From a bacterium BMS3Bbin02 (GTDB taxonomy: Bacteria; Actinomycetota; Acidimicrobiia; Spongiisociales; UBA5794): a stretch of 28,518 bases of DNA. The position numbers and the translations under genes are program-made. Positions 1 to 7,569 of this stretch are shown here, in pieces. The stretch is from assembly GCA_002898115.1 (NCBI GenBank), contig BDTL01000238.1:1-28518 (forward strand). Reading direction: 5' to 3'. Each line of letters begins with the position of its first letter. The first letter of the stretch is position 1. The notes under the pieces were generated by a model. It did no database searches, was not told where the DNA came from, and saw only the letters and a list, made by a program, of their open reading frames with translations.

Positions 1-83
1 TGCATGACCAGTCGGATGCGGATCAGAAACGCCAGCGCACCCCCGAACGGTCGTGCCCGGCTATCCACCGTGTACCGATTGGG

Positions 84-1472
84 TCATCCAGCGACGCCGC
101 CCTCGGTCATCGGATAGAGGTCGAGCGCCGCGTCAAGCTCGTCGGCAGGTAGCACCTCGAGCGCCAGGGCCGCGTCGCGGACGCTAGTCCCCTCCGCAAA
201 CGCCTTCTTGGCGACCTTCGCCGACAGGTCATAACCAATGATGGGGACGAGCGCGGTGATGATGATCACGTTCTGTTCGAGCAACCAGGTCGCCCGTTCG
301 GCGTTCGCCTCGATACCCTCGATGCACTTCTCACGCAGCGCGACACATCCGTTGGCAAGCAGGTCGATCGACTGCAGCAGGTTGTGAGCAATCAGAGGCA
401 TCATGACATTGAGTTCGAAGTTGCCGTTCGCACCTCCCCAGGTGATGGCGACATCGTTGCCAATGACCTGTGCAGCGACTTGCATCATCATTTCCGGCAT
501 CACCGGGTTCACCTTGCCCGGCATGATCGACGACCCGGGCTGGAGCGACGGGAGACTGATCTCGGCAAAGCCGGTGCGGGGACCGCTCGACAGCCATCGC
601 AGATCGTTCACGATCTTGAACAGCGAAGTGGCGACGGTCTTGAGCGCGCCGGATGCATTCACGGTGGCATCCTTGGCGGCCTGGGCTTCGAAGTGGTTGC
701 CGGCCTCAAAGAAGTTGAAACCGGATCGCTCGGCCATCAGTGCGATGGTGTCAGCCGCAAACCCTGCTGGAGCGTTGATACCGGTCCCGACTGCGGTCCC
801 GCCAAGGGCGAGCTCTTCGAGTTCCGGGATGACCTTCTCAACTCGTTCGATACCCTTGGAGACTTGCGCCGCATACCCGCCGAACTCCTGTCCGAGACGT
901 ACCGGTGTTGCGTCCATCAGGTGCGTCCGGCCGGACTTCACGATGCCGTCAAACGCCTCCGCCTTGTCCGCAAGCCCCGCCTCAAGGGCACGCAGCGCCG
1001 GCAGTAGATCCTCGCTGATAGCGACCACCGCGGCAACGTGGATCGCGGTGGGAATTGTGTCGTTTGACGACTGGCCGGAGTTCACATGGTCGTTGGGGTG
1101 TACGAGCTTGGAACCCAGTTCCCCGCCGAGAATCTGCGTGGCACGGTTCGCGATGACCTCGTTGGCATTCATGTTGGTCGAGGTGCCGGATCCGGTCTGG
1201 AAGATATCGAGCACGAACTCGGCATCATGATCACCGTTCATGACCTCGTCGGAGGCGGTTCGGATTGCGTCGGCCTTGTTAGCGTCAACAGCCCCGGACC
1301 GCTTGTTGATCTCGGCAGCCGAACCCTTCAGCAAACCGAGCGCCCAGACGAACCGACGCCCAAAGCGGAGGTTCGAAATCGGAAAGTTTTCTACGGCCCG
1401 TTGGGTAGAGGCTCCGTAGAGTGCGTCAGAGGGAACCTCGACGTCACCCATTGAATCACGTTCGATACGCAT
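84..1472 (-). CDS. fumC: Class II fumarate hydratase
   Basis: 462 aa. N-terminus RIERDSMGDVEVP..YGASTQRAVENF, FQTGSGTSTNMNANEV, GKTH-like GRTHLMDA, and the fumarase/aspartase signature GSSIMPGKVNP. SD GAGGAG upstream. Confidence 0.92.
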   Translation of the reverse strand: MRIERDSMGDVEVPSDALYGASTQRAVENFPISNLRFGRRFVWALGLLKGSAAEINKRSGAVDANKADAIRTASDEVMNGDHDAEFVLDIFQTGSGTSTNMNANEVIANRATQILGGELGSKLVHPNDHVNSGQSSNDTIPTAIHVAAVVAISEDLLPALRALEAGLADKAEAFDGIVKSGRTHLMDATPVRLGQEFGGYAAQVSKGIERVEKVIPELEELALGGTAVGTGINAPAGFAADTIALMAERSGFNFFEAGNHFEAQAAKDATVNASGALKTVATSLFKIVNDLRWLSSGPRTGFAEISLPSLQPGSSIMPGKVNPVMPEMMMQVAAQVIGNDVAITWGGANGNFELNVMMPLIAHNLLQSIDLLANGCVALREKCIEGIEANAERATWLLEQNVIIITALVPIIGYDLSAKVAKKAFAEGTSVRDAALALEVLPADELDAALDLYPMTEGGVAG

Positions 1473-1538
1473 GGCAGCTCCTCAAGCAGATAGCGTCCTG
1501 GCATCCAGGTTAGTGACTCTGAAGTAGCCCTCTTCTGG

Positions 1539-1913
1539 TTAACGCGCAACAGGTAGGAGAGCTTCGGAGATGGCTTGCAAGGTCGGTTCGTTGAGGCGGA
1601 ACCACGCCCATTTTCCCCGCTGTTCGCGTTCGAGGATGCGGGCTTCGACGAGCTGCTTGAGATGGTGAGAGATCGTCCCCTGGCTCCGTTCGAGAAGCGC
1701 GGGAAGATCGCACGCACAGATCTCACCCGAATCGGCGGCGGCAACGAGAGACACGATCCGGAGCCGGATCGGATCACCAAGCACCTTCAGCAGACTAGCT
1801 GTCCGAGTCGCCTCCTCCGACGTCATCGCGATCCGCGATGCAACGGCACAACACACGTCCCCCGTTGCGACGTCTTTCGCGGATGCCGCTGCTTCATCAA
1901 GTCTTGTTTCCAT
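1539..1913 (-). CDS. arsR: ArsR/SmtB family metalloregulator, As/Sb-sensing type
   Basis: 124 aa. N-terminal CC pair, LKVLGDPIRLRIV, alpha3 motif EICACDL, SQGTISHHLK helix-turn-helix and REQRGKWAWF wing. Confidence 0.85.
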   Translation of the reverse strand: METRLDEAAASAKDVATGDVCCAVASRIAMTSEEATRTASLLKVLGDPIRLRIVSLVAAADSGEICACDLPALLERSQGTISHHLKQLVEARILEREQRGKWAWFRLNEPTLQAISEALLPVAR

Positions 1914-1917
1914 AGAT

Positions 1918-1941
1918 ACATATTGACATAGGTCGATATGT
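1918..1941. promoter_or_regulatory. Probable ArsR operator overlapping divergent promoters
   Basis: ACATATTGAC-ATAG-GTCGATATGT, a 10-4-10 inverted repeat with one mismatch, 5 bp upstream of the arsR start. It contains a perfect TTGACA at 1923-1928. This arrangement is typical of ArsR/SmtB autoregulation. Confidence 0.65.
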
Positions 1942-1984
1942 TATGCAACATCGCACCACCGCATGTCGACGTCTATCACCATGA

Positions 1985-2279
1985 GTGGATCGTGAGTACG
2001 TCACAGACCCCGTCATCGTCCGCGGACCAGGTCCGATCGGTCTCGCCATCGCGGCACATCTAGCGAACCGGGAACTGCCATTCCTCGTCCTCGAAAAGGG
2101 TGATGGCCGGCTACGAGCAAGTTCGGTCGGTCGTTGCAGCCCTGGCCGGGGACATGGAGGCCGCCGACACGGTCGACCTCATACTCCCCGAGAGCGGCGT
2201 CTATGGTGTGCCGAGCGCCCGCGTCATCGTGACGACCAACGGTGTGAAGCTCGTCGACCAGGTGGGATGCTGTCGTTGA
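1985..2279 (+). pseudogene. Internally deleted ArsR-linked FAD-dependent oxidoreductase (ArsO-like flavoprotein) remnant
   Basis: 1985-2102 encodes an FAD-binding N-terminus (PVIVRGPGPIGLAIAAHL...LVLEKG). From 2103 to 2279, in another frame, is MAGYEQVRSVVAALAGDMEAADTVDLILPESGVYG...GCCR*, which resembles the C-terminus of ars-associated flavoproteins. The middle of the protein is missing. Confidence 0.7.
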
Positions 2280-2473
2280 ACGGCAACCTCGAAGACTCCG
2301 TTGCTTGAGAGACTCCGTTGCTTGAGAGAATCCGCCACCAACACGCAAACCCCACCACCAGATTCTCAACGGCAACCTCGAAGACTCCGTTGCTTGAGAG
2401 AATCCGTTGCTTGAGAGAATCCGTTGCTTGAGAGAATCCGTTGCTTGAGAGAATCCGTTGCTTTCGGATTCTC
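2279..2473. repeat. Tandem 17-bp repeat array with a 56-bp direct duplication and internal palindromes
   Basis: Six full copies of (C/A)TCCGTTGCTTGAGAGA at 2296, 2313, 2385, 2402, 2419 and 2436, plus a partial copy at 2453. The head AACGGCAACCTCGAAGA occurs at 2279 and 2368. Terminal hairpin GAGAATCCG-ttgcttt-CGGATTCTC at 2449-2473. Confidence 0.92.
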
Positions 2474-2491
2474 GGTGCCACTCCGAGAGGC

Positions 2492-3259
2492 TTACGCGAG
2501 CGCGGCGGCGACGGCAGGGGGCACGATCTCAGAAACGTCGCCATCGATCCGCAGAGAAACACACGACTTGAAGTCGTGATCTGTCGCTCCCCTATTGACG
2601 ATCACGTACGGGACGCCGCGTTCCGCGGCGGTGAGCGGGACCGCCGCCGCCGGATACACCGAGAGGGTTGATCCGAGCGCCAGAACGAGGTCGCACGACA
2701 GTGCCGCTGAGCGTGCCCGTTCTACCTCAAAAACATCAAGGTTCTGTCCGAATGAGATAGTTGCCGGCTTCAACAATCCACCACAGTGACATACCGGAGG
2801 TTCACCGGTCTCGCGAAACGCGGCGTAGTGAGGTTCCGGATCGGTTTCCTCACCGCAGGTCTGACACTCAACCAACCGTACGGTGCCGTGAATCTCGACG
2901 AGGCGCTCGTCGCTGGTGCCCGCCGCTGAGTGAAGACCATCGACATTCTGGGTGACCACCATCTCCAGCTTGCCGGCCCTCTCCAGATCAACGAGAGCGC
3001 GGTGAACACCGTTGGGTTGGGCCTTCCCCCAGGCGTCGTCGGCATCGACCTTCTGCTGCCAGTACCGAACCCGCTCGGCGTAGTCAGTCATGAACTCTTG
3101 ATAGAACACCGGGGTCTCCGTCTTCCACACACCCTGGGGACCCCGATAGTCGGGAATCCCGGAGGTCGTTGACACACCCGCTCCCGTGAACACCAGTATC
3201 CGGGATCCCTTCCGCAGATACTCGGCCAACTCAGCAATATGTGTTGCAGTGACGTTCAT
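2492..3259 (-). CDS. cobB: Sir2-family NAD-dependent protein deacylase
   Basis: 255 aa. TGAGVSTTSGIPDYRG, TQNVDGLH, EIHG, Zn-binding CQTC...CHC, LKPATISFG, GSTLSVYPAA and VNRG motifs. Confidence 0.9.
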   Translation of the reverse strand: MNVTATHIAELAEYLRKGSRILVFTGAGVSTTSGIPDYRGPQGVWKTETPVFYQEFMTDYAERVRYWQQKVDADDAWGKAQPNGVHRALVDLERAGKLEMVVTQNVDGLHSAAGTSDERLVEIHGTVRLVECQTCGEETDPEPHYAAFRETGEPPVCHCGGLLKPATISFGQNLDVFEVERARSAALSCDLVLALGSTLSVYPAAAVPLTAAERGVPYVIVNRGATDHDFKSCVSLRIDGDVSEIVPPAVAAALA

Positions 3260-3825
3260 CAGTTGTTGAGAGTGGCACGGAGGTCGATGAGCGACTGCTC
3301 AAGTTCCTGGAGGAAGTCCGCGATAGCGGAATCCGCAATGGCGATAGCGATCGGAACCGTCATCTGGAGCGGGATCTGCGTATCGACCTTGATGATCTCA
3401 CTGACGGGGATTTCAACATCGGTCTGGATCGGCACTGCAATGTCGATCGGCACATCAACGGTGAACGGGATATCGACACCGAAGGGACCCTGAACAGCAA
3501 CGCGCGTCGTGAACTCGTCCTTGATCGGGAACTCGGCGTCGAGACGAATCGTGAACACTTGATCAATCGGGAAGTCCGCCGCGAAATCGACCGCCTCGTC
3601 GATGTCCACGGTTACCTCGATCGAGGATTCTTGTAACTCGCCGATGTTGGTGATCGCTTGTTCAAGAACGGTGTCCACTGCACTCGATACTTCGCCGATG
3701 CGGACAGCGAACAGGACCCAGGCCGCCAGCAATACGACGTTGAGAAGGAGCGATAACACCACGCCAATGGTGAGCAGTTTGATCCGGTTGTTCCCGATGG
3801 GCTCGGAGGCGCCTTGGTCAGTCAT
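3259..3825 (-). CDS. Hypothetical membrane-anchored protein with a long Pro-punctuated beta-rich segment
   Basis: 188 aa. One N-terminal hydrophobic helix. TGATG overlap with the cobB start. TAGCGT -10 (3832-3837) lies 6 nt before the ATG. Confidence 0.75.
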   Translation of the reverse strand: MTDQGASEPIGNNRIKLLTIGVVLSLLLNVVLLAAWVLFAVRIGEVSSAVDTVLEQAITNIGELQESSIEVTVDIDEAVDFAADFPIDQVFTIRLDAEFPIKDEFTTRVAVQGPFGVDIPFTVDVPIDIAVPIQTDVEIPVSEIIKVDTQIPLQMTVPIAIAIADSAIADFLQELEQSLIDLRATLNN

Positions 3826-3927
3826 CCCTTCACGCTACCCGGTCTTGCGTTTGGATGGACTGTCTCGGTCCACGGTCCTGCAACAGAAGTGAACTGACCG
3901 GCGTCCGGCCAACGCCGGGTCGAGAGG

Positions 3928-4344
3928 TTACCCAAAGAGCAGATAGAACGCCGCAGCAACGGTTGCGACGAAGACGAGATGCCGCAGCAATACCCAGCGC
4001 GGGTCCGCACCGGACACCCGCAGGGCGGTCGCCATCGGCCCGGCGCCACCGAGCATGGCCCGCAGCGCCCTATCGCGTCGAGTGCCCCGGCCCAGAAACA
4101 GCGAGGCGCGGTTCTCGTCGAAGCCGTCCTGTGGGACGTCACGATCAACGCGCTGCTGAATGGGAACGATCAGAAACAGCAGCGCCACGAGCAGGACACC
4201 GCCAATTGCCCAATTCCACGGCGAAACGGCGAAAGCGAGGATGGCCAAGAGTGCCAGCCACACCACCCACACCCGGGCGATCTGACCAAGAAACTTCCGT
4301 GCATCCGACGGACTATGAAAGACCGAGGTCTCGTTGTTGCTCAT
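3928..4344 (-). CDS. Hypothetical membrane protein (about 3 TM helices)
   Basis: Hydrophobic segments VWVVWLALLAILAFAV, WAIGGVLLVALLFLIV and LVFVATVAAAFYLLF. Start placed at ATG 4344 because SD GGAGGGG precedes it; the ORF track starts at 4431. Confidence 0.65.
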   Translation of the reverse strand: MSNNETSVFHSPSDARKFLGQIARVWVVWLALLAILAFAVSPWNWAIGGVLLVALLFLIVPIQQRVDRDVPQDGFDENRASLFLGRGTRRDRALRAMLGGAGPMATALRVSGADPRWVLLRHLVFVATVAAAFYLLFG

Positions 4345-4458
4345 GTGCCCCTCCACCACGTCAGGAACATCGCTAAGTTTTCGACTCATCAGCCGCGACG
4401 ACCTGACGAACGCAGATGCAAGGATACCCATCCCTTGCCACCACCGTCACGTACCAGC

Positions 4459-5229
4459 TTACAACCCAGCCAGGAAGTCGTCTTCTTCGGCGACTGGCTC
4501 CGCGCCTAAACTCTTGCGGAGGGCGTCGTACCCACTGGATTCGAGCTCCTCGGCGACCTCAACTCCGCCGCTCTTGACGACACGCCCATCAATCATGACG
4601 TGCACACGATCCGGTTTCATGTAGCGCAGAATCCGGCTGTAGTGAGTGATGAGCAGCACCCCGAGATCAGGAGAGCGTAGCTCTTCGACCAGCTCGGCGA
4701 CCTCACGAACTGCATCTATGTCGAGGCCCGAGTCGATCTCGTCGAGAACAGCGATCTTCGGTTGGACCGCAGCAAGTTGCAGCATCTCGGAACGCTTCTT
4801 CTCGCCACCGGACAGCTCATCGTTGACCGACCGGTTCATGAAGTGTTCCATGTTCAAAGACTCGACGGCCGCGGTGGTGCGCGCACGAAACGCGGCAGGG
4901 TCGGGAGAAGCTTCGGCCATTTCGTCCAACAGCTCCTCAAGCAGCACGCCACCGATCTGTACCGGGTATTGGAAAGCCTGGAAGACGCCGGCGCGCGCCC
5001 GTTCATCAACGGGCATGCCCGATATGTCGATTCCGTCCACAAGGATCGTCCCGGTTGCCTGGTAGTCATCCTTACCGGTCAGGACATGACACAACGTAGA
5101 CTTCCCGGAACCGTTGGGACCCATTAGCACGTGGACCTCCCCGGCGGGTACCTCGAGGTCGACACCCTTCAGGATTAGCAAATCGCCGATCTTGGCTTCA
5201 AGCGACCGAACGGAAAGAGCAAGGCTCAT
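4459..5229 (-). CDS. sufC: Fe-S cluster assembly ATPase SufC
   Basis: 256 aa. Walker A GPNGSGKST, FQAFQYP, LSGGEKKR signature, Walker B VLDEIDSGLDIDA and ITHYSRIL. Adjacent to sufD. Confidence 0.93.
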   Translation of the reverse strand: MSLALSVRSLEAKIGDLLILKGVDLEVPAGEVHVLMGPNGSGKSTLCHVLTGKDDYQATGTILVDGIDISGMPVDERARAGVFQAFQYPVQIGGVLLEELLDEMAEASPDPAAFRARTTAAVESLNMEHFMNRSVNDELSGGEKKRSEMLQLAAVQPKIAVLDEIDSGLDIDAVREVAELVEELRSPDLGVLLITHYSRILRYMKPDRVHVMIDGRVVKSGGVEVAEELESSGYDALRKSLGAEPVAEEDDFLAGL

Positions 5230-5546
5230 GTCTGGTCCTCTCCGATGACGAGCATGACGTCGCCATCCACAACATTGATTTCATACACAGGCACGGGCTG
5301 GGTCGCCGGCAACGCCCCGGGTTTGCCGGTCTCCAGCGAGAACTCTGAACCATGACGAGGACATTCCACGTCACCATCAAAGACCTCCCCCTCCGCGAGC
5401 GAGGCTTCGGCGTGGGAGCATCGGTCGCCGATCGCATAAAACGTGTCCTCGATACGAAAGACTGCGACGCGGTGCTCTCCAACGTCAACGCGTACTCCCT
5501 GGTTCTCAGGAAACGCATCTACATCGCCGATCCGGACGGCTGCCAT
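5226..5546 (-). CDS. Rieske [2Fe-2S] ferredoxin
   Basis: 106 aa. CSH...CPRH Rieske ligands. Overlaps both sufD and sufC, the usual position in actinobacterial suf operons. Confidence 0.9.
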   Translation of the reverse strand: MAAVRIGDVDAFPENQGVRVDVGEHRVAVFRIEDTFYAIGDRCSHAEASLAEGEVFDGDVECPRHGSEFSLETGKPGALPATQPVPVYEINVVDGDVMLVIGEDQT

Positions 5547-6805
5547 CAGACGCGCCCTTCGGACTGAGCGGCAACAAACTTCTTGTTGACGGCAAGCCGA
5601 AGTTCGTCGCGAATGTTTCCGTGGGGTACCTTCACCAGCGCCTCCTCAAAGAAGCCCTTCACCTGGAGACGGTCCGCCTGCGCCTTGTCCAGACCTCGGG
5701 ACATGAGGTAGTACCTTTGGTCTTTGTCGAGAGGCCCCATTGTCGAACCGTGACCACAGCGCACATCGTTGGCGAGAATCTCCAGGTTTGGGACGGACTG
5801 GGCGCTCGCGCCATCCGACAGAATAAGATTGCGGTTCGTTTGGTGAGCGTTGGTCTTTTGGGCGCCCTCTTCGATACGAATCAATCCGGTGAACACGGAT
5901 TCGGCGTCGTCCTCGACGGCTCCCTTCAGAAATATGTTCGACGTGGTGCCAACACCAACATGATCGAGGAAGTAGCGATAGTCGAGCACTTGATCGCGGT
6001 CTCCGAAGTAGGCGCCAATGATCTCCATGTGCGATCCATTGCCGATGAGGTCGGCATCAAAGCGAACTCGCGAGTACACCCCACCAAGACCAATCTCGGT
6101 GAACGTGCCGGTGGCGTTGTCGTCGAGCGTGTAGAACACGTCGGCAATCGCCCTGGTCTTGTCGCCCCATTGCTGCACGACGGTGAGCTTGAAGTGCGAG
6201 TTCTTCCCAATCGACACCTCCAGCTGTGACAGGACAACGGCATCGACCTCCTCGTGTGACGCGAAGTAGACGATCGCCGAAGCCTCAACATTGTCTTCTA
6301 CGACGACAGTGAGATGAGGCAGGCTGACCGTACCGGATCGGGTGGCACTGATCTCGACCGTGAACGGCTCCTCGACCGCCGTCCCGGAACTGATGTGAAG
6401 GAACGCGCCATCGCCGGCGAACGCCCGGTGGATCGCGGCAAAGACATCACGGTCGGCAGGAACACCGCTTCCGAATTTCCCACTGACACAAGGCTCAGTG
6501 GTGTTGCGAGCCGATCCGAATACCACACCGTTCGGCAGGTCGCTCACTAGTTCGCCCATCGCCCCGTCAGTGATGGCAAGTGCCCCACGGGCCGAGCGGA
6601 AGGGTACGTCGAGAGCTGAGGGTACGCCGCTGGTGGCTAGGTCGAAGGATCCAATGTCGAATCTGAGATCGACGTAGCGCCATTCCTCCTGTTTGGCGGA
6701 CGGCATGGACAGGTCTGCAAGAGCTGCAACACCTGACTGCTGGAGGTCAGCGAGCCATGTCGGCAGCGTAGGATCGATTGGGGGGTGCGACTTGAGCGAA
6801 ACCAC
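5546..6805 (-). CDS. sufD: Fe-S cluster assembly protein SufD
   Basis: EEWRYVDL, QTNRNLILS, SVPNLEILANDVRCGHGST and YLMSRGL motifs. Start placed at GTG 6805 because SD GAGGAG lies 4 nt upstream; ATG 6835 is an alternative and the ORF track extends to 6883. Confidence 0.88.
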   Translation of the reverse strand: MVSLKSHPPIDPTLPTWLADLQQSGVAALADLSMPSAKQEEWRYVDLRFDIGSFDLATSGVPSALDVPFRSARGALAITDGAMGELVSDLPNGVVFGSARNTTEPCVSGKFGSGVPADRDVFAAIHRAFAGDGAFLHISSGTAVEEPFTVEISATRSGTVSLPHLTVVVEDNVEASAIVYFASHEEVDAVVLSQLEVSIGKNSHFKLTVVQQWGDKTRAIADVFYTLDDNATGTFTEIGLGGVYSRVRFDADLIGNGSHMEIIGAYFGDRDQVLDYRYFLDHVGVGTTSNIFLKGAVEDDAESVFTGLIRIEEGAQKTNAHQTNRNLILSDGASAQSVPNLEILANDVRCGHGSTMGPLDKDQRYYLMSRGLDKAQADRLQVKGFFEEALVKVPHGNIRDELRLAVNKKFVAAQSEGRV

Positions 6806-6829
6806 GTGTCTCCTCGGGGAATCAGACGC

Positions 6830-6850
6830 CGACATAGTAGTGGCATGTCG
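6830..6850 (-). promoter_or_regulatory. Putative sufD promoter -10 inside a 6-9-6 inverted repeat
   Basis: Minus-strand TACTAT at 6834-6839, within CGACAT-N9-ATGTCG, about 30 nt upstream of the SD-supported GTG. Confidence 0.4.
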
Positions 6851-6879
6851 CGGCGGTCGAGCCGGTACGACAGACCCGA

Positions 6880-7569
6880 TCACGAGCGAAGGTGGCCTCG
6901 AGCTTCGCGGAATACATCATCAAACATGGCCTCGGTGAGACGACCCGTAAACGTGTTTTGCTGACTCGGGTGGTACGACATCACGATGGTGAGGTTACCC
7001 AATCCAATGGCAGCGCTGTGCGTAAATCTCGGCCGAGGTCGTGGAGTCTCGTACCCCTGGTCGGCAAGGAACCGCCACGTCGCCAGATATCCGTATTGAC
7101 CGAGACACACGATGACTTGTTTGTTCGTCAACAGAGCAAGCTCACGCGCCAGAAACGGTGCACAAGCATCACGCTCGACCGGCAGGGGTTTGTTGTCGGG
7201 CGGCGCACACCGAACCGGTGACGTCACCCACGCGTCCGTGAGCACAAGGCCGTCGTCGCGATCTACGCTGGTTGGTTGGTTGGCGAATCCGGCGGTATGC
7301 AGTGCTCGGTACAGCCAGTCGCCCGAACGATCCCCGGTGAACATTCGCCCGGTACGGTTCGCACCGTGCGCCGCGGGAGCAAGACCGACGACCAGGAGGC
7401 GGGCCGCAGGGTCACCGAAACCCGGAACACCCCTCCCCCAGTACTCGTGATCGACGAAAGATGCTCGTTTCACTTCTGCGATGTGCTCGCGCCAATCAAC
7501 GAGCCGCGGACACAACCGACATCGGGCAATCTCGGTAGCCAGACCGGCAAGGTCCGTCACACGGTCCAC
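6880..7569 (-). CDS. udgB: Uracil-DNA glycosylase, family 5 (UdgB type)
   Basis: 229 aa. CRLCPRL Fe-S motif, GLAPAAHGANRTGRMFTGDRSG, VRCAPPDNKP and YHPSQQNT. Confidence 0.88.
   Translation of the reverse strand: MDRVTDLAGLATEIARCRLCPRLVDWREHIAEVKRASFVDHEYWGRGVPGFGDPAARLLVVGLAPAAHGANRTGRMFTGDRSGDWLYRALHTAGFANQPTSVDRDDGLVLTDAWVTSPVRCAPPDNKPLPVERDACAPFLARELALLTNKQVIVCLGQYGYLATWRFLADQGYETPRPRPRFTHSAAIGLGNLTIVMSYHPSQQNTFTGRLTEAMFDDVFREARGHLRS

Noticed and set aside
1-68. Possible 5' end of a minus-strand gene (GTG 68, MDSRARPFGGALAFLIRIRLVM...)
   Set aside because: Only about 22 codons are visible before the window edge, too little to support a call.
2279-2473. Possible mini-CRISPR array
   Set aside because: The units are directly tandem 17-mers with only one spacer-like segment, there is no regular repeat-spacer alternation, and no cas gene is in the window.
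2013-2562. ORFs 2013-2375 and 2224-2562 with repeated RILSSNG peptides
   Set aside because: They are translations of the non-coding 17-bp repeat, with no RBS or recognisable domain.
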